A stretch of DNA of 53,611 nt from Nitrospirota bacterium (GTDB taxonomy: Bacteria > Nitrospirota > Thermodesulfovibrionia > Thermodesulfovibrionales > UBA6898), in contig JACRHE010000089.1 in assembly GCA_016217695.1 (NCBI GenBank), forward strand, positions 1-53,611, given 5' to 3'. Made by a program: the position numbers and the translations under genes. How positions within the stretch are numbered: the stretch's first letter is position 1; the number at the start of each line of letters is the position of its first letter. The notes under the pieces are model-generated. The model was not told the origin of the DNA. It made no database searches and was given only the letters and a program-made list of their open reading frames with translations. This document shows positions 29,052 through 37,170 of this stretch, one piece after another.

Positions 29052-29992
29052 TTCGACTCCTCTATAACAGCAGCAGCCAATAGGGGAAACATAATCTCAT
29101 GGTGCCCTGTGAGGGCATAGTTTCTTCCTTTCAGGGATGTCGGCCTCTTAAGCACATTCTCCCTCGGCCTGTAATGCTGAATAAAATCCATGTTAACAGT
29201 AGTGATGTCAGCTACCCGGTTGCCGAGATTCCTTGCTATGTTAAGGGCCTTGAGAAAGACCTCGGGGAGTATTACGGCAGAGCCCAGATTTATATATACC
29301 CCTCCTTCCATGTCTGAAATGACTGAGGCAAGAAGCCTGAAATCAGCCATGCTGCCCTTTCCAATGGCAGAACCGTCAGCCTCGGGGTGCATGTGGACTA
29401 TATCGGTTCCGATAGCCACGTGTACGGTAGCCGGGATATCAGCACGATATGCGTTCGCAAATATGCTTCTGTCTCTGAATGGAAAGCGGCCTTTCGCGAT
29501 ATGCTCGCCTACCGCCTTTCCGATACCGTATCCCTTTTTTACGCCCCTGGAGATGGCAAGATTTATTCCCCTCCCTGTTTCCTGCGCCATGCCGAAAGAA
29601 CCGGAGCAGAGTTCCATTGCAACATCCTCGGAGGTATGTCCGACAAGGGAAATTTCAAAATCGTGAACAACGCATGCGCCGTTTGTAGCTATGGCGGTAA
29701 TAATGTTTCTCTTTACCAGCTCCACAATAACAGGGGAAAGGCCCAGTTTTATCGGATGGGCCCCCATGCCGAGGATAACAGGCCTGTCCTTCTGCCTTGC
29801 AGAGACTATCGCCCCGGCTACCGCCCTGAGGTCTTTTACAGCCAGCACATCCGGGAGATTTTCGAGAAATTCCGCAAAGGTGCCGCCCCTTTTGTGAACC
29901 TCTGCAAAAGCCTTTACTGATACCTTGCTCTTTCTGGCACAAAGGGAGTAAGACTTGACTCCCTTAAGGGAAAGAGGTGAATATTTTTTCAT
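29048..29992 (-). CDS. deoxyhypusine-synthase-like (DHS-like NAD-binding fold) family protein
   Basis: ILGMGAHPIKLGLSPVIVELVKRNIITAIATNGACVVHDFEISL aligns by eye with the DHS N-terminal half (IFLGYTSNLISSGIRE..LV....VDVLVTTAGGVEEDL). 314 aa. The function is not known to me. Confidence 0.45.
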   Translation of the reverse strand: MKKYSPLSLKGVKSYSLCARKSKVSVKAFAEVHKRGGTFAEFLENLPDVLAVKDLRAVAGAIVSARQKDRPVILGMGAHPIKLGLSPVIVELVKRNIITAIATNGACVVHDFEISLVGHTSEDVAMELCSGSFGMAQETGRGINLAISRGVKKGYGIGKAVGEHIAKGRFPFRDRSIFANAYRADIPATVHVAIGTDIVHMHPEADGSAIGKGSMADFRLLASVISDMEGGVYINLGSAVILPEVFLKALNIARNLGNRVADITTVNMDFIQHYRPRENVLKRPTSLKGRNYALTGHHEIMFPLLAAAVIEESK

Positions 29993-30078
29993 AGTCTTGA
30001 TTTTACCATAAGCAAACTTGATTTAAAATGAGTATTTATGGTAAAAAATAAGACCATTTTTTCAAGGAGGATATCAAT

Positions 30079-30375
30079 TTGGCGGCAAAAGCAGCACCGA
30101 AGAAAAACCTTTCAGCACTAAAAAGGGCCAGACAGGCCGAAAAAAGAAATTTACGCAACAGGACTGAGCGGACCAGGATCAGGGGAGTCGTCAAGGCTGT
30201 TGAGGCTGCAGTTACAGAGAATAATAAAGAGGCTGCAATAACCGCGCTGCGTAAGGCGGAAAAGACAATAAGCAGCGCAACTTCAAAAGGCATTCTCCAC
30301 AAGAATAACGCTGCACGGAAGATCTCAAGACTGGCAAAAAAGACTAACGCCCTTTCGAAAGCCGGATCAGCTTAA
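30079..30375 (+). CDS. rpsT: 30S ribosomal protein S20
   Basis: KKNLSALKRARQAEKRNLRNRTERTRIR... is typical of S20. TTG start with RBS AAGGAGG. Confidence 0.9.
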   Translation: MAAKAAPKKNLSALKRARQAEKRNLRNRTERTRIRGVVKAVEAAVTENNKEAAITALRKAEKTISSATSKGILHKNNAARKISRLAKKTNALSKAGSA

Positions 30376-31249
30376 TCAGCAATAGCTCCATCGGATACGC
30401 GCCGCCGGAACTCTTTATCTCCAGATCAGCCCGGTGAAGGGCCTGAAAGACCTGATAATAATATGCTCTGTCCTGAGGGGTATCCCTTTCTCCAAAGGAC
30501 CGCGAGTATTGCCAGTTGAGTGCTCCGAGAAGACTGTATGGTTCCTCAGTATCTTTCAGCACCCTGTAGATCTTAAATACACGTTCCGTATCCCGCGCAC
30601 GTATGGCATCAACGAGGGCAAAGGCGTTGTAGGTCCTCTTGCCTTCTATGATATCCATGATATCTTCCTTCCTGACCTCCTCCTTTCCGATAAGAGCACA
30701 CTTGTCCAGCTCTGATGAGAGCAGTCCGAGATCAGGGCCTATCGTTCCTATGAGATAGTCAGCCGCGCTGTCAGCCAGAGAAAACCCCTTTGTCCCGGCC
30801 TTTACTTTGAGCCATGCAGGCATATCCCTCTCGCTGATGTCCAGTATAATCTGCCTGAGACCTTTGATAGAATCCTTCATCTCTTTTTTGAGGGTGCCTG
30901 CATGCAGCAGTATCATGACCGAACTTTCAGAAGGATTCTGCAGATACTGTTGAAGCTTCTTAAGGTCTTTTTTCAGCAGCTTCTGCGAATTTTCGATCAC
31001 GACGATCTTCCTGCCCGTGAAAAAGGGCACGGTATTGAGCACATCCAGGATCTGATCAAAAGTCATGCCGCTGCTATTCATGTTCAGGAGATCGAAGACA
31101 TGAAAATTGAAGTCCCTCTCCTGCTCAGGGACCAGGTCCCGAATCAATAGGCATGCCTCTGAATGGAGAAAGGGATCAGAAGAGATGAGGACGTAATTCC
31201 CTGACGGAAGCCCCTTCTTTATCTCGTCAAGGAAATTCCGGTAACTCAC
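30344..31249 (-). CDS. holA: DNA polymerase III subunit delta
   Basis: 301 aa in the conserved leuS-lptE-holA context. N-terminal clamp-loader delta-like domain. Sequence recognition is moderate. Confidence 0.75.
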   Translation of the reverse strand: MSYRNFLDEIKKGLPSGNYVLISSDPFLHSEACLLIRDLVPEQERDFNFHVFDLLNMNSSGMTFDQILDVLNTVPFFTGRKIVVIENSQKLLKKDLKKLQQYLQNPSESSVMILLHAGTLKKEMKDSIKGLRQIILDISERDMPAWLKVKAGTKGFSLADSAADYLIGTIGPDLGLLSSELDKCALIGKEEVRKEDIMDIIEGKRTYNAFALVDAIRARDTERVFKIYRVLKDTEEPYSLLGALNWQYSRSFGERDTPQDRAYYYQVFQALHRADLEIKSSGGAYPMELLLIKLIRLSKGR

Positions 31250-31758
31250 TGATATATCAACGCTCCTACCACAGCTGAGGAGATGTTGGCCAGGGCACTT
31301 TCCTCAGCCACCTCTTTTGAGGCCAGCAGAAGACCGAGGTCGCCGGCGCCGGTAAAATAGACATGGTAGCTGAAATTGTTCAATTCCCTTATCTTGCCCT
31401 CCTTGTCGCTGAGTCTGAAGTCGGCGGTGATCCTGACCATGAAATCAGTACTCACATCAGACTTCTCGGCGATATTGACCATCTCGAACGTCCTGATTGT
31501 GCCTGTAAGATTATGCGGGGCAGAAGGGTCGACACTGATCCCTTGTCTCATGAATTCCTCCACCAGAGCCTTGTGGAGCTTATCCTGGAGCTTCGGTTCG
31601 AGAGTCCTGTTTTCGATAAGTCCGATCGCAATCTTCTGAAACGGGAGCCCGGCCTTCTTATGGATCGCATATCCGCAGCCGCACAGCATAACAGTGATGG
31701 CCAGAGCCGTTGACAAAAGGATTATGCGGGTCTGCTGCAGGCCGGTTTCCATGATCAT
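31246..31758 (-). CDS. lptE: LPS-assembly lipoprotein LptE-like
   Basis: Lipobox MLCGC, about 170 aa. The position between leuS and holA is the canonical lptE slot. Overlapping start/stop codons on both sides. Confidence 0.6.
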   Translation of the reverse strand: MIMETGLQQTRIILLSTALAITVMLCGCGYAIHKKAGLPFQKIAIGLIENRTLEPKLQDKLHKALVEEFMRQGISVDPSAPHNLTGTIRTFEMVNIAEKSDVSTDFMVRITADFRLSDKEGKIRELNNFSYHVYFTGAGDLGLLLASKEVAEESALANISSAVVGALIYQ

Positions 31759-34241
31759 CCGCCGAGCACAATATTGACGAGCCTGCCTTTGACAACAATC
31801 ACCTTCTTTATCTCCCTGCCCCCTATCGCCTCTGCAATCTTGGGGTCATTGAGCGCGAGTTTCTTCGCATCCTCATCTGCCGCGCCCGCCGGAATCATAA
31901 GCTTGCCTTTGAGTTTTCCGTTCATCTGGATTACGAGCTCAACCTCGTCTTCTTTCGATAACTCCTCATCCCAGACCGGCCATCTCTGCCCTGATATGCC
32001 AGGTTCATTGCCCATGGCTGTCCAGAGCTCTTCGGCTATATGAGGCGTAAATGGAGAGATAAGGCATAATGTAGTCTCGATCGCAAACCTGAGAACACTG
32101 TTGTCCAGGTCATCGGCAGGCTCCAGTCCGGTCATCTCGTTTACAAGTTCCATCAGGGCGGCAATAGCTGTATTAAAGTGATATTCCCTCTCAATATCAT
32201 TAGTCACCTTCCTTACGGTCTTGTGGGTCTTTCTCAGAAGACTGCGCCCTGCCTCGGAAATCCCTTTGATGTCCGCCTTGCCGGCCGTGGGATAGGATGT
32301 GCCCTGCAAAGAATTCAGGTTCCTATAGACGACATTCCAGATCCTTGAGAGGAATCTGTATGCGCCTTCGACCCCCTTGTCAGACCACTCAAGATCTCTC
32401 TCAGGCGGCGCAGCAAAAAGGGAAAAGAGCCTCGATGTATCAGAGCCGTACCTGTCTATCAGATAATCGGGATCAACCACATTACCCTTTGACTTCGACA
32501 TCTTGGCTCCGTCCTTTATCACCATCCCCTGAGTCAGAAGGTTGGTGAAAGGCTCACTGCAACTGATAATGCCGAGGTCCCTGACTACCCTCGTAAAAAA
32601 CCTTGAATAAAGCAGGTGAAGAACCGCATGCTCAACTCCGCCTATATACTGGTCAACCGGCATCCAGTAATTTAAGGGATTAGTAATTTTATTATTCCTT
32701 TCGCTGATCTCAAACCCCCATTCCCCCTTGCCCTGTTTTAAACAGTAGGCGATAAAATACCAGGAAGAGTCCACAAAGGTATCCATAGTATCTGTCTCGC
32801 GCCGGGCCCTGCCCCCGCATTTCGGACATGCCGCCTGCAAAAAGGCTTCGGACTCCTTAAGGGGAGACCCGCCCCTGCCTGTAAACTTTACATCCTCAGG
32901 AAGGATGACCGGCAGGTCTTTGTCAGGCACTGCAACGATTCCGCAGCTCTCACAATAAATGACAGGGATGGGTGTTCCCCAGTATCTCTGTCTGGATATG
33001 CCCCAGTCCCGCAGCCTGAAATTGACCACCTTTTTACCAAGGCCTTTTTCCTCGATGAAAGCAACGACCTTAACCCTGCCTTCAGGGCTCTTCAGGCCGG
33101 TGAAATCTCCGGAGTTCACCATGACCCCATCGTCTTCATATGCCTCCGATAACTGCGCCCCCTGTGCTTCGGCGACCGCCTCCTGCGCTATCACTCTTCT
33201 GACAGGAAGGTTATATTTCAGCGCAAACTCAAAGTCGCGCTGATCATGGGCAGGAACCGACATAATGGCGCCTGTTCCGTATTCCATAAGAACGAAGTTG
33301 GCGATATAAAGAGGGATTCTTTCGTTATTCACCGGATTTATACAGTAATGGCCGGAGAAAAGGCCGAGCTTTTCCTCCACCTTCCCGTATTGGGCAGTGA
33401 TCTCCTCAAGCGCCTCTCTGTCCGCAACAAGTTTTTGGGCTAGGGGATGAGGCGGCGACATGCAGACAAAGGTGGCGCCAAAAAGGGTATCAGGACGGGT
33501 CGTATATACCCGCACCTTTTCATCAGTGCCGTCTATCCTGAAATCAATCTCGACCCCTGTACTCTTGCCTATCCAGTTCTTCTGCATCAGCACGACCTTT
33601 TCAGGCCATCCTTTCAGATCATCACAGGCGCTTAGGAGCTCCTCTGCATAATGGGTTATCTTAAGAAACCACTGGTCGAGTTCCTTCTGCACTACAACGC
33701 TGTCGCACCTCCAGCATTTTGTATCTATCACCTGCTCGTTGGCGAGCACTGTGGCGCATGACGGGCACCAGTTCACATAGGAGGACTTGCGGTAGGCAAG
33801 CCCCTTTTCGAGCATCCTGATAAAGAACCACTGGTTCCATCTGTAGTATTCCGGACTGCAGGTGGCCACTTCCCTGTCCCAGTCATAACTCAGACCAAGC
33901 TTGTTGAGCTGTCCCTTCATATACTCAATGTTTTCGTAGGTCCATTTTGAAGGATGGACCCCGTGCTTGATCGCCGCGTTCTCCGCAGGCAGGCCGAAGG
34001 AGTCCCAGCCCATTGGATGGAGGACATTATATCCCTGCATCCTTTTGTACCGCGCAATGACGTCGCCTATCGCATAGTTTCTGACATGACCCATATGTAT
34101 CTTTCCGGAGGGATAGGGGAACATCTCAAGGCAATAGAACTTTTTGAGGGATTCGGCGGTTTTTGTCTTATAAAGACCTTTTTCAGCCCAGTATTTCTGC
34201 CACTTCGGCTCGATCTTTTTCGGGTCGTATCTCTCTTCCAA
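31755..34241 (-). CDS. leuS: leucine--tRNA ligase
   Basis: 828 aa with HIGH-type motif PYPSGKIHMGHVRNY and KMSKS motif KMSKSKGN. Confidence 0.97.
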   Translation of the reverse strand: MEERYDPKKIEPKWQKYWAEKGLYKTKTAESLKKFYCLEMFPYPSGKIHMGHVRNYAIGDVIARYKRMQGYNVLHPMGWDSFGLPAENAAIKHGVHPSKWTYENIEYMKGQLNKLGLSYDWDREVATCSPEYYRWNQWFFIRMLEKGLAYRKSSYVNWCPSCATVLANEQVIDTKCWRCDSVVVQKELDQWFLKITHYAEELLSACDDLKGWPEKVVLMQKNWIGKSTGVEIDFRIDGTDEKVRVYTTRPDTLFGATFVCMSPPHPLAQKLVADREALEEITAQYGKVEEKLGLFSGHYCINPVNNERIPLYIANFVLMEYGTGAIMSVPAHDQRDFEFALKYNLPVRRVIAQEAVAEAQGAQLSEAYEDDGVMVNSGDFTGLKSPEGRVKVVAFIEEKGLGKKVVNFRLRDWGISRQRYWGTPIPVIYCESCGIVAVPDKDLPVILPEDVKFTGRGGSPLKESEAFLQAACPKCGGRARRETDTMDTFVDSSWYFIAYCLKQGKGEWGFEISERNNKITNPLNYWMPVDQYIGGVEHAVLHLLYSRFFTRVVRDLGIISCSEPFTNLLTQGMVIKDGAKMSKSKGNVVDPDYLIDRYGSDTSRLFSLFAAPPERDLEWSDKGVEGAYRFLSRIWNVVYRNLNSLQGTSYPTAGKADIKGISEAGRSLLRKTHKTVRKVTNDIEREYHFNTAIAALMELVNEMTGLEPADDLDNSVLRFAIETTLCLISPFTPHIAEELWTAMGNEPGISGQRWPVWDEELSKEDEVELVIQMNGKLKGKLMIPAGAADEDAKKLALNDPKIAEAIGGREIKKVIVVKGRLVNIVLGG

Positions 34242-34306
34242 AGACTTATACCTCCAGGAACGGTTTAAAGCAAACAGGTGGGCCTTACACCCCGTGTTTG
34301 TGCGGT

Positions 34307-34315
34307 ATTATACCA
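34307..34315 (-). promoter_or_regulatory. candidate extended -10 (TGgTATAAT) upstream of leuS
   Basis: The minus strand reads TGGTATAAT about 65 nt upstream of ATG 34241. Confidence 0.3.
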
Positions 34316-34355
34316 TAGACAGACGAATGCGTAAGCCCGGAGAAAACCTGATATC

Positions 34356-35078
34356 TCAGAACTTGATGCCGAAGTCGGGAAAGAGCGCTGCAAGCTGGCG
34401 AACGTTGTTCGTAAGCAGCAGGATGCCGAACATGATCAGGAGCGCACCGCTGGCAAGCATGACCACCCTCATGTACCTGCGTATCCTGGCCGAATAGCTG
34501 AGGAAGGAGTTAAACATAAGGGATGAGAGGAAAAAAGGCACTGCCAGGCCGAGGGAATATACAGCCAGGAGTTTAAAGCCGTAAGAAGCAGAACCTTTTG
34601 AACTCGCATAAAGAAGGATCGTGCCGAGGATCGGCCCTATGCAGGGAGTCCACGCAGCGGCAAAGGTCATTCCCACAAAAAAAGAGCCTATATATCCGGC
34701 CGGCTTTCCGGTCAGATGAAACTTTCTCTCTCTTGTCAGGAAATCAAGCCTGATAATCCCTGATACAAAGAGGCCGAAAAATATCACCAGTATTCCGCCG
34801 ATGATCCTTATCCAGTCCTGATATTCGAATAAAAACCTGCCCACCGCAGAAGAAGAGGCCCCGAGGGCTATGAATATAAGCGAAAAACCGGAGATAAAGG
34901 CGAGGGAATTCGTGATCGTGAGGAAGCGGATCTTCTTCCTGTCAGTTCCTTCTTTGAGGTCTTCAAACGAGATTCCGGTGATAAACGAGACATAGGAAGG
35001 CACCAGCGGAAGGACACAGGGTGAAAGAAATGAGAGCACGCCAGCCAGAAAAGCCAAGGGAAAGGATACATCCTTCAT
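34356..35078 (-). CDS. ccdA: cytochrome c biogenesis thiol-disulfide transporter CcdA (DsbD family)
   Basis: Six TM helices with conserved Cys in FLSPCVLPLVPSY and AAWTPCIGPILG. Confidence 0.85.
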   Translation of the reverse strand: MKDVSFPLAFLAGVLSFLSPCVLPLVPSYVSFITGISFEDLKEGTDRKKIRFLTITNSLAFISGFSLIFIALGASSSAVGRFLFEYQDWIRIIGGILVIFFGLFVSGIIRLDFLTRERKFHLTGKPAGYIGSFFVGMTFAAAWTPCIGPILGTILLYASSKGSASYGFKLLAVYSLGLAVPFFLSSLMFNSFLSYSARIRRYMRVVMLASGALLIMFGILLLTNNVRQLAALFPDFGIKF

Positions 35079-35593
35079 CGGGACCTTCCTTCAGAGCCGC
35101 AGTCATCGGTGCTGCCCTTAATCTTCTCTAAAGCATGCGGAATGATATCCATGATCGTCTCCAGTCCCTCTCTTATCGCCTTCGGGCTGCCCGGCAGATT
35201 GATTATCAGGGTGTTCGCCCTGACTCCTGCAACAGCCCTTGAAAGCATGGCCCGCCCTGTCTTTTTCAGGCCTTCAGCCCTCATCGCCTCTGCAATCCCG
35301 GGAATCACCCTGTCTATAACCTCAAGGGTTGCTTCGGGCGTCACATCCCTCGGTGAGAGTCCTGTACCGCCGGTAGTCAGGACCAGATCTACCTTGTTGC
35401 TGTATTCCATGAGCTTTTCCTTTATCAACGCCTTTTCGTCCGGAATAACATCGTAGTAGTCGACACGCGCATCCAGCCGCTTTATCAGCTCCCTGATCCC
35501 GGGACCGCTCAGGTCTTCGCGCTCACCCCTGGCGCCTTTGTCGCTCAATGTAAGAATGGCAACCGTGATCATGATTTCAGGGCTCTCCGTCAA
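35075..35593 (-). CDS. mogA: MogA/MoaB-family molybdopterin adenylyltransferase
   Basis: LTLSDKGARGEREDLSG...VLTTGGTGLSPRDVTPEAT...INLPGSPKA. Confidence 0.85.
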   Translation of the reverse strand: MTESPEIMITVAILTLSDKGARGEREDLSGPGIRELIKRLDARVDYYDVIPDEKALIKEKLMEYSNKVDLVLTTGGTGLSPRDVTPEATLEVIDRVIPGIAEAMRAEGLKKTGRAMLSRAVAGVRANTLIINLPGSPKAIREGLETIMDIIPHALEKIKGSTDDCGSEGRSR

Positions 35594-36038
35594 TTTCTAC
35601 AGAGTCACCTTTTCTGATTCTCCCGCCCTTAAGCACCCGGATAAATATTCCTTCCTTGGGCATCACGCAGTCGCCGGCCTGATAGTAAATCGCGCATCTT
35701 GTATGGCATTCCTTGCCGATCTGGCTAACCTCTCCGGCAACTTCAGGCCCTATGTTCATCTTTGTGCCTACGGGAAGCGAAGGCAGGTCTAAACCTTCTG
35801 TGGTGATATTTTCAGCAAAATCCCCTGGATGCACATCAAGGCCCATCTCCTGCATCTTTCTGATACTCTCTATCGCGAGAAGACTCACCTGCCTGTGCCA
35901 TTCCGAAGATGCATGGGCATCTCCCTCGATACCATAGCCCGCCTTTACGAAGATATCCTCAACAGGCTTTTTCCTTACGCCCTTTTTAGCGCTGATATTA
36001 ATTGATACAACTTTGCCGGACATTTTTAAAGATACCAT
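35577..36038 (-). CDS. MOSC domain-containing protein
   Basis: GIEGDAHA...RQVSLL...GDFAENITTEG...C..C, about 150 aa, overlapping mogA. Confidence 0.8.
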   Translation of the reverse strand: MVSLKMSGKVVSINISAKKGVRKKPVEDIFVKAGYGIEGDAHASSEWHRQVSLLAIESIRKMQEMGLDVHPGDFAENITTEGLDLPSLPVGTKMNIGPEVAGEVSQIGKECHTRCAIYYQAGDCVMPKEGIFIRVLKGGRIRKGDSVEIDGEP

Positions 36039-36291
36039 AATTCATAAGACGCCCACAATCTGAATCAACTGATAGTGCCTATTTGCGGGGATTGCATTGA
36101 GTTGCTGCGCAGGCCTTCAGACCGGCGACGCCATATCAGCAGCGCGCGCCGTAAAAGGCAGAGCGTTTTCATGAAAAAGCGGCTCTTTTTCCCGAAAAAC
36201 GAGGATGCTGAAACCGATGGAAGAATAGTTAGCGTTAACAAAATCGCAAGAAAAGCGTTAAAGTTCTGTCTAATTTCATTTGCAATTATAG

Positions 36292-36325
36292 CAAAAAAAT
36301 GGCGGAAACTTTCGCTGTTTCCGCC
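36292..36325 (-). terminator. rho-independent terminator after the 105-aa gene
   Basis: The minus strand reads GGCGGAAAC-agcgaaa-GTTTCCGCC followed by ATTTTTTTG. Confidence 0.6.
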
Positions 36326-36345
36326 ATCCCTGGCTACGGGTCATA

Positions 36346-36663
36346 TCACCCTCCGAGGTAGCCGCCGGATACAACCTCCGTTTCGGGCTTCTCTTCCTGA
36401 AGCTGGACCGAAGACGTTTTTTCTACACCGGCGTACCCGCTCCACTCAAAGGGGCAGACCCTCGTCAGAATCTCGAGCTTCCACTCAATCGTCCTGATAA
36501 TGTCCTGGAAATGAGGGATATGCGATTTCAGCATCGCATGCTCAGGAGCCTTCATCGTCTCGATCTCTGTCACGAAACCGAGAAGTCTGGCCTTCATGCC
36601 TGCAAGCTCGTCGTAGACCCTGTCGCAGTAGTTACCGAACCTTATGTCTCTTACGCTTGACAT
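36346..36663 (-). CDS. hypothetical protein (105 aa)
   Basis: Strong RBS AAGGAGG precedes ATG 36663 (the ORF is open from 36687). No domain recognised. Confidence 0.55.
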   Translation of the reverse strand: MSSVRDIRFGNYCDRVYDELAGMKARLLGFVTEIETMKAPEHAMLKSHIPHFQDIIRTIEWKLEILTRVCPFEWSGYAGVEKTSSVQLQEEKPETEVVSGGYLGG

Positions 36664-36702
36664 GACATCCTCCTTTTTTTGGGCCACATAGGCCTGTTAA
36701 AT

Positions 36703-36749
36703 AAAAAAGCCGAGCATACCGAAGATCAACTTTCCTTCGGCAGCTCGGC
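36703..36749 (-). terminator. strong intrinsic terminator/attenuator hairpin 40 nt upstream of the 105-aa gene
   Basis: The minus strand reads GCCGAGCugCCGAAGgaaaguugauCUUCGGuauGCUCGGC followed by UUUUUU. Confidence 0.65.
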
Positions 36750-36837
36750 CATCTCCACTTTTAAAGAAGATCCGCCGCTTTCCGCCCCCTCCTCTCAGAG
36801 GGTTAGGCTTTTTCGGGACTGCTCTTCTCTTGATTTA

Positions 36838-36866
36838 ATTATAGCGCGGACTTTACTTATTGGCAA
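36838..36866 (-). promoter_or_regulatory. sigma-70 promoter TTGCCA-N17-TATAAT immediately downstream of tRNA-Ala
   Basis: The minus strand reads TTGCCAataagtaaagtccgcgcTATAAT, with exact 17-nt spacing. Confidence 0.55.
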
Positions 36867-36890
36867 ATTAAATAAAGTTAAGGATTGAGT

Positions 36891-36966
36891 TGGTGGACGG
36901 TAGGGGATTCGAACCCCCGACTTCCACGTTGCGAACGTGGCGCTCTCCCAACTGAGCTAACCGCCC
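36891..36966 (-). tRNA. tRNA-Ala(CGC)
   Basis: The reverse complement gives GGGCGGT acceptor with G3:U70, anticodon loop ttCGCaa, T-loop GGTTCGAATCC and encoded ACCA. Confidence 0.9.
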
Positions 36967-37170
36967 ACAGAAATATTGTATCCGTTTTCCCCAACGATAC
37001 TAAACTAAAATCTCCGCCTCAGTCAATGGGCAGTATGTATGTCCCCTGCCCCAGTGTCCGTGAAACTTCGGCTATTGACGATTATCGTACTTTACTATCC
37101 GGCCGCAAAAATATATTATTAAGATCGTAATTATCCTCAGCTAGCAGAGAAATATTTGTCATAGGGGATT

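Noticed and set aside
36039-36300. Possible Moco riboswitch upstream of the MOSC-mogA-ccdA operon.
   Set aside because: Reading the minus strand, I could not find the conserved Moco-motif elements (for example the CCUCCGAG-type 3' segment and its pairing partner). Only AT-rich weak hairpins are present.
36075-36497. 140-aa plus-strand ORF in the MOSC-upstream spacer.
   Set aside because: Arg/Ser-rich junk-like composition and no RBS. It overlaps the minus-strand terminator and the 3' end of the better-supported 36346..36663 gene.
36885-37130. ORFs overlapping tRNA genes (36885..37130, 39371..39616, 39628..39903, 39714..39908).
   Set aside because: They run through clear cloverleaf tRNA sequences (Ala, Arg, His, Arg). 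They are artefacts of six-frame translation.
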